From Planctomycetota bacterium (GTDB lineage Bacteria; Planctomycetota; Planctomycetia; JALXBF01): 64,000 bases of DNA. The position numbers and the translations under genes are program-made. Under the pieces are notes generated by a model that worked only from the letters and a program-made list of their open reading frames with translations, made no database searches and was not told the origin of the DNA. The stretch lies in the NCBI GenBank assembly GCA_026991575.1, contig JALXBF010000118.1:1-64000 (forward strand). Reading direction: 5' to 3'. Position 1 is the stretch's first letter. Each line of letters starts with the position of its first letter. Below are positions 9,563 to 18,899 of this stretch, piece after piece.

Positions 9563-11029
9563 ATGAGCCAGGTACCGGTCAAGATTCCACTGCTGCGGTG
9601 GGGAAAGCCGTACGAGAGCCTGGACGTCGTCGAGCTGCGCGACTTCGAAACCGGCGAACCGGTCGCGCTGTTGAGCCAGGCGAACGCGGCCCTCGTAGAA
9701 CGCGACCTCGCACGCGCAGCGAACGCACAAGCCGCGCTCCGCGCAGTGGGACTCGATCGGCTCTTGGACTGCTTGACCCGGGCAGCGGATCTCTACGAAC
9801 AAGCCACGCTACCGATTGTGCCTGGCGGGGGGCCGGAGCTCGACCCCGCAGCGTTTGTCGAGTTGCAGGCAGCGACGACTGGGCTGCCGGAACGGCTGTG
9901 CCGGACGAATATGACCAAAATCGCCTTCGTGTTGCGTAACCTGCGGGAGATCCTCCAGGCGTTGGCTCTCGGCGTCCGCCTCGACTGGCTCTGGCATGGC
10001 TACGGGCGGGGACCGCGGGGCGAGGTCGTGAGCTTACAGCTGCAGAGCCCCGTTCTAGGTGCGGTTCTGCCGAACAACTCGCCCGGCGTCCACACGCTCT
10101 GGCTGCCTGCTCTCGCCCTCGGTGTGGCCGTGGCCTTGAAGCCGGGAACCCAGGAGCCGTGGACCCCATACCGCGTGGCTGCCGCCATGATCGCCGCGGG
10201 CGTGCCACCGGAGGCGTTCGGGCTGTATCCCGGAGCCCAGGAGCTATCTCACACGTTGCTGGCCCATTGTCCACGGTCGATGATCTTCGGCAGCGCGGCG
10301 ACCGTCCAGCGCTATCGCGGAAATCCGGCCGTGCAGGTTCACGGGCCGGGGTTCAGCAAGATCATCCTGGCGGACGACCAGGTTGATAAGTGGCCGGAGT
10401 ACATCGAGCTGATGACCGAGAGTGTTGTCGCGAACGCAGGCCGCAGCTGTATCAACTGCTCCAGCATCTGGGTGTCGCGGCACGGACGGGCGATTGCCGA
10501 GGCGCTTGCCGAGCGACTGGCCCGCCTGGTTCCACGCGATCGGAACGATCCCGAAGCGAACCTCGCCGCGTTTACCAACCCGGCCGCGGCACGCCAGATC
10601 AACGAACTGATCGAGCAGGGAGTGCGCGAGGGGGCGGAAGACGTGACGGCTCGGTTTCGGAGCGGACCGCGGCTGGACGACCGTGGCAGTCACGCGTACC
10701 TGCTGCCTACCGTGCTCTACTGCGGCAGTCCGGAGCTTCGGCTGGCAAACCAGGAGTTCATGTTTCCGTTTGTGAGCGTGGTGGAATGTCCCCAGGAACG
10801 GATGCTCTCGGCGATCGGCCCCACGCTGGTCTGTACTGCCGTGACCGAGGATGACGGCTTTCGCCGCCGGCTACTGGACTGCACGTCCATTGACCGGTTG
10901 AACCTAGGCCCCGTTCCGACTCATCGGGTGGATTGGCGGCAGCCGCATGAGGGAAACCTGATAGCATTCCTGTTCAAACATCGAGCGCTTCAGTTAGCCG
11001 AGGCACTCGATCAGGTGCTTACTGTCTAA
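9563..11029 (+). CDS. Aldehyde dehydrogenase-fold protein, probable acyl-thioester reductase (LuxC-like)
   Basis: VLPNNSP, LKPG, catalytic Cys in AGRSCINCSS, EFMFP; HGPGFSK replaces the canonical ELGGK; starts 2 nt after the previous stop. Confidence 0.75.
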   Translation: MSQVPVKIPLLRWGKPYESLDVVELRDFETGEPVALLSQANAALVERDLARAANAQAALRAVGLDRLLDCLTRAADLYEQATLPIVPGGGPELDPAAFVELQAATTGLPERLCRTNMTKIAFVLRNLREILQALALGVRLDWLWHGYGRGPRGEVVSLQLQSPVLGAVLPNNSPGVHTLWLPALALGVAVALKPGTQEPWTPYRVAAAMIAAGVPPEAFGLYPGAQELSHTLLAHCPRSMIFGSAATVQRYRGNPAVQVHGPGFSKIILADDQVDKWPEYIELMTESVVANAGRSCINCSSIWVSRHGRAIAEALAERLARLVPRDRNDPEANLAAFTNPAAARQINELIEQGVREGAEDVTARFRSGPRLDDRGSHAYLLPTVLYCGSPELRLANQEFMFPFVSVVECPQERMLSAIGPTLVCTAVTEDDGFRRRLLDCTSIDRLNLGPVPTHRVDWRQPHEGNLIAFLFKHRALQLAEALDQVLTV

Positions 11030-11047
11030 CGGCGAGTAGCGTTCACC

Positions 11048-12340
11048 ATGGCACGCAAGCGAGTTGTCCTGGCGTATTCGGGTGGTCTGGACACGACCGT
11101 CATCTTGCACTGGCTCAGCCAGCAAGGGTACGAAGTGATTGCGTACCTGTTGAACATCGGTCAGCAGGTGGATGACCTGGACGAAATCGGGCGGCGCGCG
11201 CTGGCGTGCGGCGCGGTGGATTACGTGGCCATCGATGCCCGTGAGGAGTTTCTTCGCGACTTCTTCCTGCCTTGCCTGTGGGGCAACTGCCAGTACGAGG
11301 GTCGGTACCTGCTGGGTACCTCGATCGCGCGGCCACTGATCGCCAAGCACCAGGTAGCCGTAGCCCATCAGACCGGCGCCACTGCGGTAGCCCACGGGGC
11401 GACGGGCAAGGGCAATGACCAGGTCAGATTCGAGCTGAGCTATCAGGCACTGGACGACCGCCTGGAAATCATCTCTCCGTGGAAGGATCCGGAATTCATT
11501 GCGGCCTTCCCGGAGGGGCGCAAGAGCATGCTGGCGTACGTCGCGCGGCACGGACTGAAAGTAAAGGCAACGGCAGAGAAACCGTGGTCGTGCGATGACA
11601 ACTTACTGCATATCTCCTACGAGGCAGGGGTGCTGGAGGACCCGTGGCTGTCGCCGCCCCGCGAGATCTACGAACGGCTGGTGCATCCGACGGCAGCCCC
11701 GGACGAAGTAACCCGGTTTATCATCCACTGGGAACAGGGCGTGCCGGTGCGTGTGTCGGAGGCAGTGGCCAGAACGGAGCAGAGAGGGGGGCTAGAGGTG
11801 ACCGTTTACGAAACTGGCCGGACCTTGGCCGAGGGGCTGTTGGAAACGTTTCTGTACGTGGAGAGGGAGGCCGCGCGCAACGGCGTCGGAGCCCTCGGCA
11901 TGGTCGAGACGCGCTACGTGGGGATGAAGTCTCGCGGTGAGTACCACGCCCCTGGTCACACCGTCCTGCTGGCTGCCCACCGGGATCTGGAAGGCCTTTG
12001 CCTGCCCGGTTCGCTGATCTTGGAAAAGGACCGCCGAATGCCGGACTTTGCCAAGCTCGTCTACGACGGCTACTGGTACGACCCCGTCTGTGAGGCCCAT
12101 CGAGAGTTTGTGCGGCAGACGCAGCGTACCGTGACCGGCCAGACACGTGTGGCGCTGTACAAGGGCAGCGTCTTCGTGGAGGGCCGGCGTTCGCCGCATG
12201 CGCTCTATCTGCCGGAGCTGGCCACCATGGACGGGGAAGGGGAGCTGTATCGCCAGGAGGATGCTCGGGGGTTCATCCGGATCCACGGAGTGCCGCTACG
12301 CGTGTGGCGCCGAGTCCACGGGGCTCCTGAGGACGTCTAG
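11048..12340 (+). CDS. argG: Argininosuccinate synthase
   Basis: VVLAYSGGLDT, YEGRYLLGTSIARPLI, HGATGKGNDQVRFE, SYEAGVLEDP, GMKSRG. Confidence 0.97.
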   Translation: MARKRVVLAYSGGLDTTVILHWLSQQGYEVIAYLLNIGQQVDDLDEIGRRALACGAVDYVAIDAREEFLRDFFLPCLWGNCQYEGRYLLGTSIARPLIAKHQVAVAHQTGATAVAHGATGKGNDQVRFELSYQALDDRLEIISPWKDPEFIAAFPEGRKSMLAYVARHGLKVKATAEKPWSCDDNLLHISYEAGVLEDPWLSPPREIYERLVHPTAAPDEVTRFIIHWEQGVPVRVSEAVARTEQRGGLEVTVYETGRTLAEGLLETFLYVEREAARNGVGALGMVETRYVGMKSRGEYHAPGHTVLLAAHRDLEGLCLPGSLILEKDRRMPDFAKLVYDGYWYDPVCEAHREFVRQTQRTVTGQTRVALYKGSVFVEGRRSPHALYLPELATMDGEGELYRQEDARGFIRIHGVPLRVWRRVHGAPEDV

Positions 12341-13019
12341 CCGGGGCCAGGGACCGACCACTGGTCGCTTAGGACTAGGCACAGCTGCCACCGAGGCATT
12401 GTAGCCCGACCGGAATCACCCGGGTGGTCCAATCTGTCCCGTTCGTACCGGTGCGCAGATGGCGACAGCCCTCTGACGGCGCACGCTCCCAACGCGCAGA
12501 TTCAGCTCATGCGCGGAAGACGCTCGGCCGGTGTCCTGGGGGTGAAAGCCGGCAAGCTCGGTTCGGCTCTGCCGGTACACTCGATCACCCACCGTCAGGG
12601 TGCACAGATCGGGGAATTGTGCAAGATACCCGCCAGAGAGGTGCTATGCTGGCTCCCGCATCGCATCGAGGGGCGGCGAGAGCTGGCCCGTGACGAACTG
12701 GCGCAGGGCCGTGCCACCGCTGGTGGGCAAAGCCGTGGTTCGCGGAAATGGTAGCAGCTGAACGCCGGACCCTCTGGGACGCGGGCCACCGGGAGGATGC
12801 CGGCCGACGGATGGCGGTGCTGTCTCAGGGCATGTGGGAGTCAGCAGCACTAACCGAAGGTCAGGACGCTGGCAGCCGGCGGAGGGAGAGGCTGACACAG
12901 GGCAGTGCGGCAGAGCCGGCGTGAGCGGCAATACCATCGAAGCGGCCCGGGGTACGCGGCAGGAAAGTGCCGCCTTGATGGGGGAGGGGGCCGGGGACAC
13001 GACGATGCAACGAACAAGG

Positions 13020-13069
13020 GCCGGCCCGCATAGAAGAAGAGCCGGCCCGCATAGAAGAAGGGCCGGCCC
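13020..13069. repeat. 21-bp tandem repeat, about 2.4 copies, intergenic
   Basis: GCCGGCCCGCATAGAAGAAGA, GCCGGCCCGCATAGAAGAAGG, GCCGGCCC. Confidence 0.9.
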
Positions 13070-13226
13070 TGGGCATAGGGTCAGCGTTCCTTGTCAAGAA
13101 CGGTGTCTGCGCGCGTCGCACTGCGCGGATCGGACGACAACACACAATCTTACCGAGCCGTCGTCTCGGTCGGCAAGCTGCATGATCGCGACCGCCGCGC
13201 GTACCCGCCACGTTCCCATGCGAACG

Positions 13227-13646
13227 CTACTCGCCTGACTCTCCCCCCGTTGCTTTCGCCACGTACTCCGCCGGGTTCTCGTCGAACTTCTTCTTGCAAT
13301 GGTCGCAGCAGAGGAACACGACTTTGCCCTCATGCTCGACCTTCACGGGCGTGCCCATCGAGCCGAGTTCTTCACCGCTGACCGGGCACACACCCTGTTT
13401 CTCCGCCAGCGCGCGGTCCTCCGGAGGCAGCGCGGCCAGACCCTCCGAAGACTCGCTGCCGCTGCCACCTTCGGCTCCATGGTCTCCATGCTCCTCGTGG
13501 CCCTGGTGGTCACCACTACTTGCGGCCGGCGTTGCACCGCCTCCGCTGCCGCCACCCGACTCAGACGCACTCTGACCACCACCGCAGCCCAACGACCAGA
13601 TGGCCAAGCCGGCTCCGGCCAGGCAAAGGAAAAGAACTCGTCGCAT
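13227..13646 (-). CDS. YHS/TRASH-type metal-binding lipoprotein with a His-rich linker
   Basis: Lipobox WSLGC; HQGHEEHGDHG; CPVSGEELGSMG...VFLCCDHCKKKF. Confidence 0.85.
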   Translation of the reverse strand: MRRVLFLCLAGAGLAIWSLGCGGGQSASESGGGSGGGATPAASSGDHQGHEEHGDHGAEGGSGSESSEGLAALPPEDRALAEKQGVCPVSGEELGSMGTPVKVEHEGKVVFLCCDHCKKKFDENPAEYVAKATGGESGE

Positions 13647-14238
13647 CTCCCGTCTCCTTGCGCATCGCTCCACGCCACAGGCGGGCGACAGCCCCCATCG
13701 GACTGTCCGAACCTTCCCGCAGGCTCTATATCCTATACGACTCCCCTATGCCCTGCGCTGACTCCTGCCAGTCGAAAGTCCCCGAATCCCAGGCGTCGGC
13801 GGCAGCTTCCCAGACGGATCCTCTCCGGGCTCAGCTGACCGACGGGTCAGCGGGGTCGCGCCTGTACCCTGCCCGTTTTTCATCGGGCGGGCCCAGATTG
13901 GTGGATGCGCCGCGGGGCAACGCGCGGAAACTGTGGGCAAGCGTCCATCAAGGCGCTCACCAGCACAAGAGCCGGCGCCGCCCAATCCAGCAGCTGAGCC
14001 ATTCCTGGACAGCACACAGGCTGCTTGCGTTCGGTGCCTAGCCCTACAGCGGAGGCGGCTGTGGGCTCAGCGGGTTGGCCGACCGAAACGGGGACGGCGG
14101 GACGTTGGACTGCGTATGCTTGCAAGGAGGTGAAGTGAAACGCCGCAAGTGTGTGTTAGGTTTCCCGCGGCTACACGTCATTCTGGTGGACGTGCAGCGG
14201 ACGGATCGAGCAACCGCTTCGGGAGTCACCATCGCGCG

Positions 14239-14760
14239 ATGGAAAAGCTGACGGACGAGGTCCGTACGAAGCTGGAACGGTTGTACCGTGAGCGGGGACG
14301 GGAGCTCTGGGCCCGCCTGTACGCGGTATGCCTGGATGCGGACCTTGCGATGGACGCGTTGCACGAAGCGTTTGCCCGTTTTGCCCCTGCGGCTCAAAAC
14401 GGCGCACTCCGTAATCCGGCGGCCTGGTTGTACAAGACCGCGCGGAACTGGCTGCTGGACCAGCGGCGAGGCGAGCGACGCGTTCAGCCGGGTCGGCTAC
14501 GCTTGGCCGAGCCGAACGATCCGTCCAGCGAGGTGTTGCGCAGCGAGCTGCACGAGACGGTCCGCGATGCGCTGGCCAGCTTATCTGAAGCGGATCGTGA
14601 ATTACTTGTGCTCCGCTACGCGCTCGGCTGGCCAAGCAAGCGGATTGGCTCGCTACTTGGTATTTCTCCTGCAGCCGTCGACATGCGGTTGAGCCGGGCG
14701 CGCGACCGGCTGGCCGAACGACTGCGACAGCGAGGTGTGCACGATGGCACGGCACGATGA
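14239..14760 (+). CDS. ECF RNA polymerase sigma factor
   Basis: Region 2 (DALHEAF...AWLYKTARNWLLD) and region 4 (LASLSEADRELLVLRY...IGSLLGIS...RLSRAR). Confidence 0.92.
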   Translation: MEKLTDEVRTKLERLYRERGRELWARLYAVCLDADLAMDALHEAFARFAPAAQNGALRNPAAWLYKTARNWLLDQRRGERRVQPGRLRLAEPNDPSSEVLRSELHETVRDALASLSEADRELLVLRYALGWPSKRIGSLLGISPAAVDMRLSRARDRLAERLRQRGVHDGTAR

Positions 14761-15274
14761 GAAGACAAGCGGCGGCGATGTGGAGCAGCTTCTGCGGCAG
14801 TTCTTCGCACGCGAGCTGCCCGCGAGCCGTCCCCTGCCGCCAGTGCCCGCCCTGGCACCCGACCACTCGGGCAAGCGGCCGCGGCCCCGGCGCCGACCCG
14901 GACTGCGGACCGTGGCGGGTGTGGCGCTGCTCGCCGCTGCCAGCATTGCTGTCGCGGTCGTGTTGTGGCCCGTCCGGGGACAGCCCGGGCCCGATCGTTC
15001 GACCCCGGCACCGGATCAGGCGAACGCGGTCCCGGTCGGGCCGGCTGATGCCGAGCGGGCGCCGGTGACGGCGAGGGTCGTGCCGTACGTGGTGTTCGAC
15101 GAGCTGGAGGGGAGCCAGGTGGAGCAGGTGCAGCGGGCCGACGGATCGACAATGCTGATCCGTGCCCAGACAGGCTGGCGCCATTTGCTGGTGCGTGACC
15201 AGCGAGAGGGCGTGGCCACATGGTACGCCTTTCCGGTCATCGAGATTGCTGGATCGGTTACCAGCGCGGAATGA
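14744..15274 (+). CDS. Putative single-pass anti-sigma factor
   Basis: Overlaps the sigma stop; short cytoplasmic N-terminus, one TM (VAGVALLAAASIAVAVVLW), periplasmic tail. Confidence 0.65.
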   Translation: MARHDEKTSGGDVEQLLRQFFARELPASRPLPPVPALAPDHSGKRPRPRRRPGLRTVAGVALLAAASIAVAVVLWPVRGQPGPDRSTPAPDQANAVPVGPADAERAPVTARVVPYVVFDELEGSQVEQVQRADGSTMLIRAQTGWRHLLVRDQREGVATWYAFPVIEIAGSVTSAE

Positions 15275-15309
15275 CGACAAGCAAGAGAAACGAACAGCGG
15301 AGGATTGCC

Positions 15310-16623
15310 ATGAAACGGTGGTTGGGTGTTGTGCTAGTCGGTGCGTTGACCGTGCCCGCATGGGCACAGGAGCCGAAGGACCAGCCCGAGCGCAGTGAGG
15401 TTCAGGTCGAGGCGCCCGGCACTCGGGTTCGCAAGGATGCGAAGGGGAACGTCGAGGTCGAGGCTCCGGCGGCTCGGGTGCGGAAGGACGCGAAGGGTAA
15501 CGTCCGGGTCGAAGCGCCGGGCGTGGTCGTGGAGCGAGACGAGCGGGGCGTTCGGGTCCGCACGCCATTCGGCGTCGTGAACGTGCCGCGCGACGAGCAA
15601 CGCGACGGGCAGCGCCGGGAGCGAGGCGGTGAACAGGAGGAAGCTAGGTTTGTCGTCGTCGGCGAACGGCGTGCGTACCTTGGCGTCATGATTGGCCCCG
15701 TGCCCGAGGTGGTGGTGGCTCAGTTTCCTGACGTGTTCAAAGAGGGACGCGGGGCGTTGGTGACAAGCATCGCGGCAGACTCACCGGCTGCCAAGGCGGG
15801 GATCAAGCCGCTGGACATCATCGTGCAAGTGGGTGAGCAGAAGGTCCGCTCGCCGGAGCATCTCAGCGAGCTGATCCGTCAGCACAAGCCAGGTGAGAAG
15901 GTAAGCCTGTGGGTGCTCCGTCGGGGCAAGCTGGAACGCGTCGAAGCGGAGTTGGGCGAGCGGCTCGAGCCGATCCGCCCGTTCGGACACCGGTTCGGTC
16001 CTTCGGGACGACTGCGTCGCATGCCCGGCCGACCGGCGCCATTCCGTCCCGGACCGCCTCATCAGATGCCCCCGCTGCGGCCCTTCCGCGGCTTCGTCCA
16101 GCTGTCGATCCGGACGATCGACGACAACAAGGTCGCGGTACACGCCGAATGGAGCGCCGAAGGGCAGCGCCGTAGCCTGGAGGTAGAAGGTTCGATTGAA
16201 GAAGTGCGTGAGAAGATCGAGCAGGCGGATATCCCCGAGGACGTCAAGAAGATGATCCTCCGCCACCTCGATCGGCCCCGCGGACGCGGGTTCGGGTGGC
16301 GCTTCCGGATGGAGCCGTTCTTCCGTTTTGACGACGAGGACAGTTTCTTCTTCGGGCCCCGCTTCTGGCTCGACCGCGACGGCCGCCGACTGGACATCTG
16401 GATCCAGCCAGGCAGCCCTGACGCTGAGGCCATCGAAGAGTGGCTCGAGGATCTTCCCGACGACCTGCCCCCGGAACTGCGGGAGCGGATCGAGCGGGCG
16501 CTACGCCGGATGTTGAGGCTGTACGGCGGAGACGAAGAGCGGCACGAGCATCGCGAGCAGCACCATGAGCGGCACCGTCACCAACGGCAACGTCGGGAAC
16601 GTGACGAGAACCGCGTCCTCTGA
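15310..16623 (+). CDS. Exported PDZ-domain protein with no trypsin protease domain
   Basis: Signal peptide ending AWA-Q; repeats V(E/Q/R)VEAP..RVRKDAKGN; PDZ (AYLGV...GALVTSIAADSPAAKAGIKPLDII); His/Arg/Glu-rich tail. Confidence 0.85.
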   Translation: MKRWLGVVLVGALTVPAWAQEPKDQPERSEVQVEAPGTRVRKDAKGNVEVEAPAARVRKDAKGNVRVEAPGVVVERDERGVRVRTPFGVVNVPRDEQRDGQRRERGGEQEEARFVVVGERRAYLGVMIGPVPEVVVAQFPDVFKEGRGALVTSIAADSPAAKAGIKPLDIIVQVGEQKVRSPEHLSELIRQHKPGEKVSLWVLRRGKLERVEAELGERLEPIRPFGHRFGPSGRLRRMPGRPAPFRPGPPHQMPPLRPFRGFVQLSIRTIDDNKVAVHAEWSAEGQRRSLEVEGSIEEVREKIEQADIPEDVKKMILRHLDRPRGRGFGWRFRMEPFFRFDDEDSFFFGPRFWLDRDGRRLDIWIQPGSPDAEAIEEWLEDLPDDLPPELRERIERALRRMLRLYGGDEERHEHREQHHERHRHQRQRRERDENRVL

Positions 16624-16653
16624 AGTACGGCCGACGTGAGCGTAGCGACGTCG

Positions 16654-16684
16654 AGGCCGGGGGGCGACCAGGCCGCCCCGGCCT
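16654..16684 (+). terminator. Stem-loop after the PDZ gene
   Basis: AGGCCGGGG/CCCCGGCCT inverted repeat followed by TCGGTTT. Confidence 0.5.
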
Positions 16685-17008
16685 TCGGTTTGCGCTGAAG
16701 GACTACGCGACCGCCTCGTCACACGAGAGCATTCGTAGCCGGTCTTCCAGTACGGCGCTCTACGCCAGCGGCCCGCAGAGAGGTCATCTGTGGACGTTGG
16801 CAACGACGAACCGAGCGCTGGGGAACGGATCGACACTGTGGCCCGGTGGTGCCATCCGGTGTGGGTTGCGTTGTTCAACCGATGCTCCGACGCGAATGCC
16901 CCCGCGCGGGTTTGCTTCGCCTACGTTTGGGCTATGGCCTCGCCGTCGCTGGCGGGTTGGTTTCGCCGGCATAGGACGATCGTTCAACTGGCCAGCCGCC
17001 GTGAACTC

Positions 17009-17286
17009 GCGGGAGGGGGCTTGACGCCCCCCTCTTGCCCTGTTGATGGGTAGTGCGGGCAATGCCACTTTTTCTCCCCCCACTTGAAGAATCTCCCTGA
17101 CGCCGCGGACTCTGTCCGCGGCGTCGGCAAGCCGATATTGCGCGCGCTACGGGATCAAGGAAACGCAATCGCCCGAGCCGCGGGCGGGATCGACCCGCCC
17201 GCGGCTCGGCGGCGAAGAATCTTCCTGGGATACGCCGGCGCTATCCATCAACCTTGCGGGAGGGGGGCATAAAGCCCCCCTCCCGC
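17009..17286 (+). repeat. Structured ~280-bp dispersed element, copy 1
   Basis: Terminal hairpins, long-range pair GTTGATGGGTAGTGC/GCGCTATCCATCAAC and two internal hairpins; homologous to 51228-51539 and 47953-48136. Confidence 0.85.
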
Positions 17287-17709
17287 CCGTGCAAGCAAGC
17301 TGGCAAGTCCATGTGTTCATTGCCCTCGGCAGGGTTTCGGGTGGGTGTCCTCCCGTGCTCCATCTCGCAGATGGATTCGCACCCCCCGCGCGGGCAAGGG
17401 CACAGGGCTACGGCGCCGACCCCACGGCGGTCTCTCGGCATGTCACCGCCGTGCACTGCCGCAGGGCGAAGCCGCCACCCCATCCGCTTGACGAACACCG
17501 CCTCCCGAGCCCCTGCTTCCCCAGCGGTGGGAGACCGCGGGCAATCGGTTACGCCGACCATTGCCCCCATGCCCCGTTGGCCTGCCAGGCGCTAGGGCCT
17601 CCCTGCGCTCCCGGTGACGCCGCGACCGCCTGCTGCAACCTCCATCGCCGCCTGCCCACGAACCATCGTGCACGAGGCCGCAGCACGTCGCCACGCCCCA
17701 ATCCCTCCC

Positions 17710-18045
17710 CACGAACTTATCCAGGGACGGCTCCTGGCCCAACCGCTCCAATAGCCGCGACAGGTTCCACTTCCGTGGCTCTGCGTCTTCCGACTCAGTG
17801 CCCGCCACTTTCCGCAGTGGCTCGTTCCGCCGCAACTCCTTCAGGCAGCGCTCGATGCTTTGGTGTCGCAATGCCGCAGTCAGGACAAGAATCCGCCACG
17901 CCACCTGCACAGGCACATCATTTCAGCCACGACCGCGACGTTTCGCCGACGATGCCACCGACCGCTCGTCGGGGATGCCTTCCAGAAACTTGCGGATCGT
18001 TTGCATCGTGAGACCGTCCTCCAGGTCCTTCGGGCAAACAGCCGA
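17710..18045 (-). pseudogene. N-terminal transposase remnant (DUF772/IS1182-like or IS5-like)
   Basis: Manual translation DLEDGLTMQTIRKFLEGIPD...RRGRG*NDVPVQVAW...RHQSIERCLKELRRNEPLRKVAG...WNLSRLL; internal TGA at 17923-17925; no DDE domain. Confidence 0.7.
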
Positions 18046-18335
18046 CCGTCGTGTTCCAGGCTATCGCGCTTCCCGTGATGTCAGTGGCTTTCTCAAGGCG
18101 AGGGCCGCGTCCGACACAGCCTGGACGGCAACACATCCCCTTACCACGACCTCCGTGGTCGAGAATCGCTACCGCTCGGGGATTCGTACTTTTCGTTCCG
18201 GATACGCAAACACGGGCTCGCAACGCCACTCAGACAGCCCTTCTGCGGGGAAAGCCTTCTCCCCACCGACGCCCGGACTTGACCAGCCAACAGCTTGCGG
18301 ACATCGCAACCGCCTCCGTCACCAGGCTCCAGGGG

Positions 18336-18367
18336 TTGACAGAGAAGAAGAAGAAGAAGAAGATAAT
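18336..18367 (+). promoter_or_regulatory. Sigma70-like promoter with a (GAA)6 repeat in the spacer
   Basis: TTGACA 18336-18341; 20-nt spacer of GA plus (GAA)6 at 18344-18361; GATAAT 18362-18367; about 60 nt upstream of ATG 18427. Confidence 0.65.
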
Positions 18368-18426
18368 GCATGCAGATCGGTCTGAGTCGGTTGTATCGAT
18401 GGTATGACTAACGGGGAGGACCTGTC

Positions 18427-18846
18427 ATGAGGCTGTGCATCCACATCCTCGCCTCAGTGTGCCTCGGGGCGCTCGCCGCGACTCTGTCCGACCTTGGCCT
18501 GGGACGCCTCCATCGTCCAGCTCGGGCGGAGCTCGAACGGGTGACCGGCAGCTCGTTCTACGAGACCGGGGCCTATCTGGTCATGTGTCCCGATCCGTTC
18601 AACTGCTTGGGCCAGGGCAACTGCGCGTCTCGATCCTGCCTGAGATGTCCGGTTGTCCTGAACATGCAAGTGGCCAGCGGCGGGTTCAACCGTATCATCG
18701 TGACTACCCAGCAATGTCCGCCGGGCGTGCAGCGGGGTGTCTGTGTCACTGGTCCCAATGGCTGCATGTGCGACGGTCCTACTTTCTCGAACGTGCCCTG
18801 CGGCTCGTACAACCAGATCGTGATGTTTGATGATCAGTCAGGCTAA
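18427..18846 (+). CDS. Exported Cys-rich mini-protein or RiPP-like precursor (locus A)
   Basis: RBS GGGGAGGA; hydrophobic N-terminus; ELERVTGS at residues 35-42; 10 Cys after that motif. Confidence 0.75.
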   Translation: MRLCIHILASVCLGALAATLSDLGLGRLHRPARAELERVTGSSFYETGAYLVMCPDPFNCLGQGNCASRSCLRCPVVLNMQVASGGFNRIIVTTQQCPPGVQRGVCVTGPNGCMCDGPTFSNVPCGSYNQIVMFDDQSG

Positions 18847-18899
18847 GGTCTGCAAGACGAACGGGGACCGCCTCTGGACTGGTGCGTGAGGTAAGGTGC

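Noticed and set aside
11890..11955. Divergent ArgG segment (ALGMVETR...EYHAP) as a sign of altered function
   Set aside because: The Glu and Tyr of this segment and all ATP/aspartate motifs are retained; ordinary divergence is sufficient
13020..13069. Repeat as a CRISPR array
   Set aside because: Units are directly tandem with no spacers; no cas genes seen
17042..17252. Structured element as an integron attC site
   Set aside because: The arms run GTT...AAC, the reverse of the RYYYAAC...GTTRRRY attC order; the element is too long; no integrase in the window
17923..17925. In-frame TGA in the transposase remnant as selenocysteine
   Set aside because: The position corresponds to Arg of a GRND-like motif (CGA to TGA) and the gene is otherwise truncated
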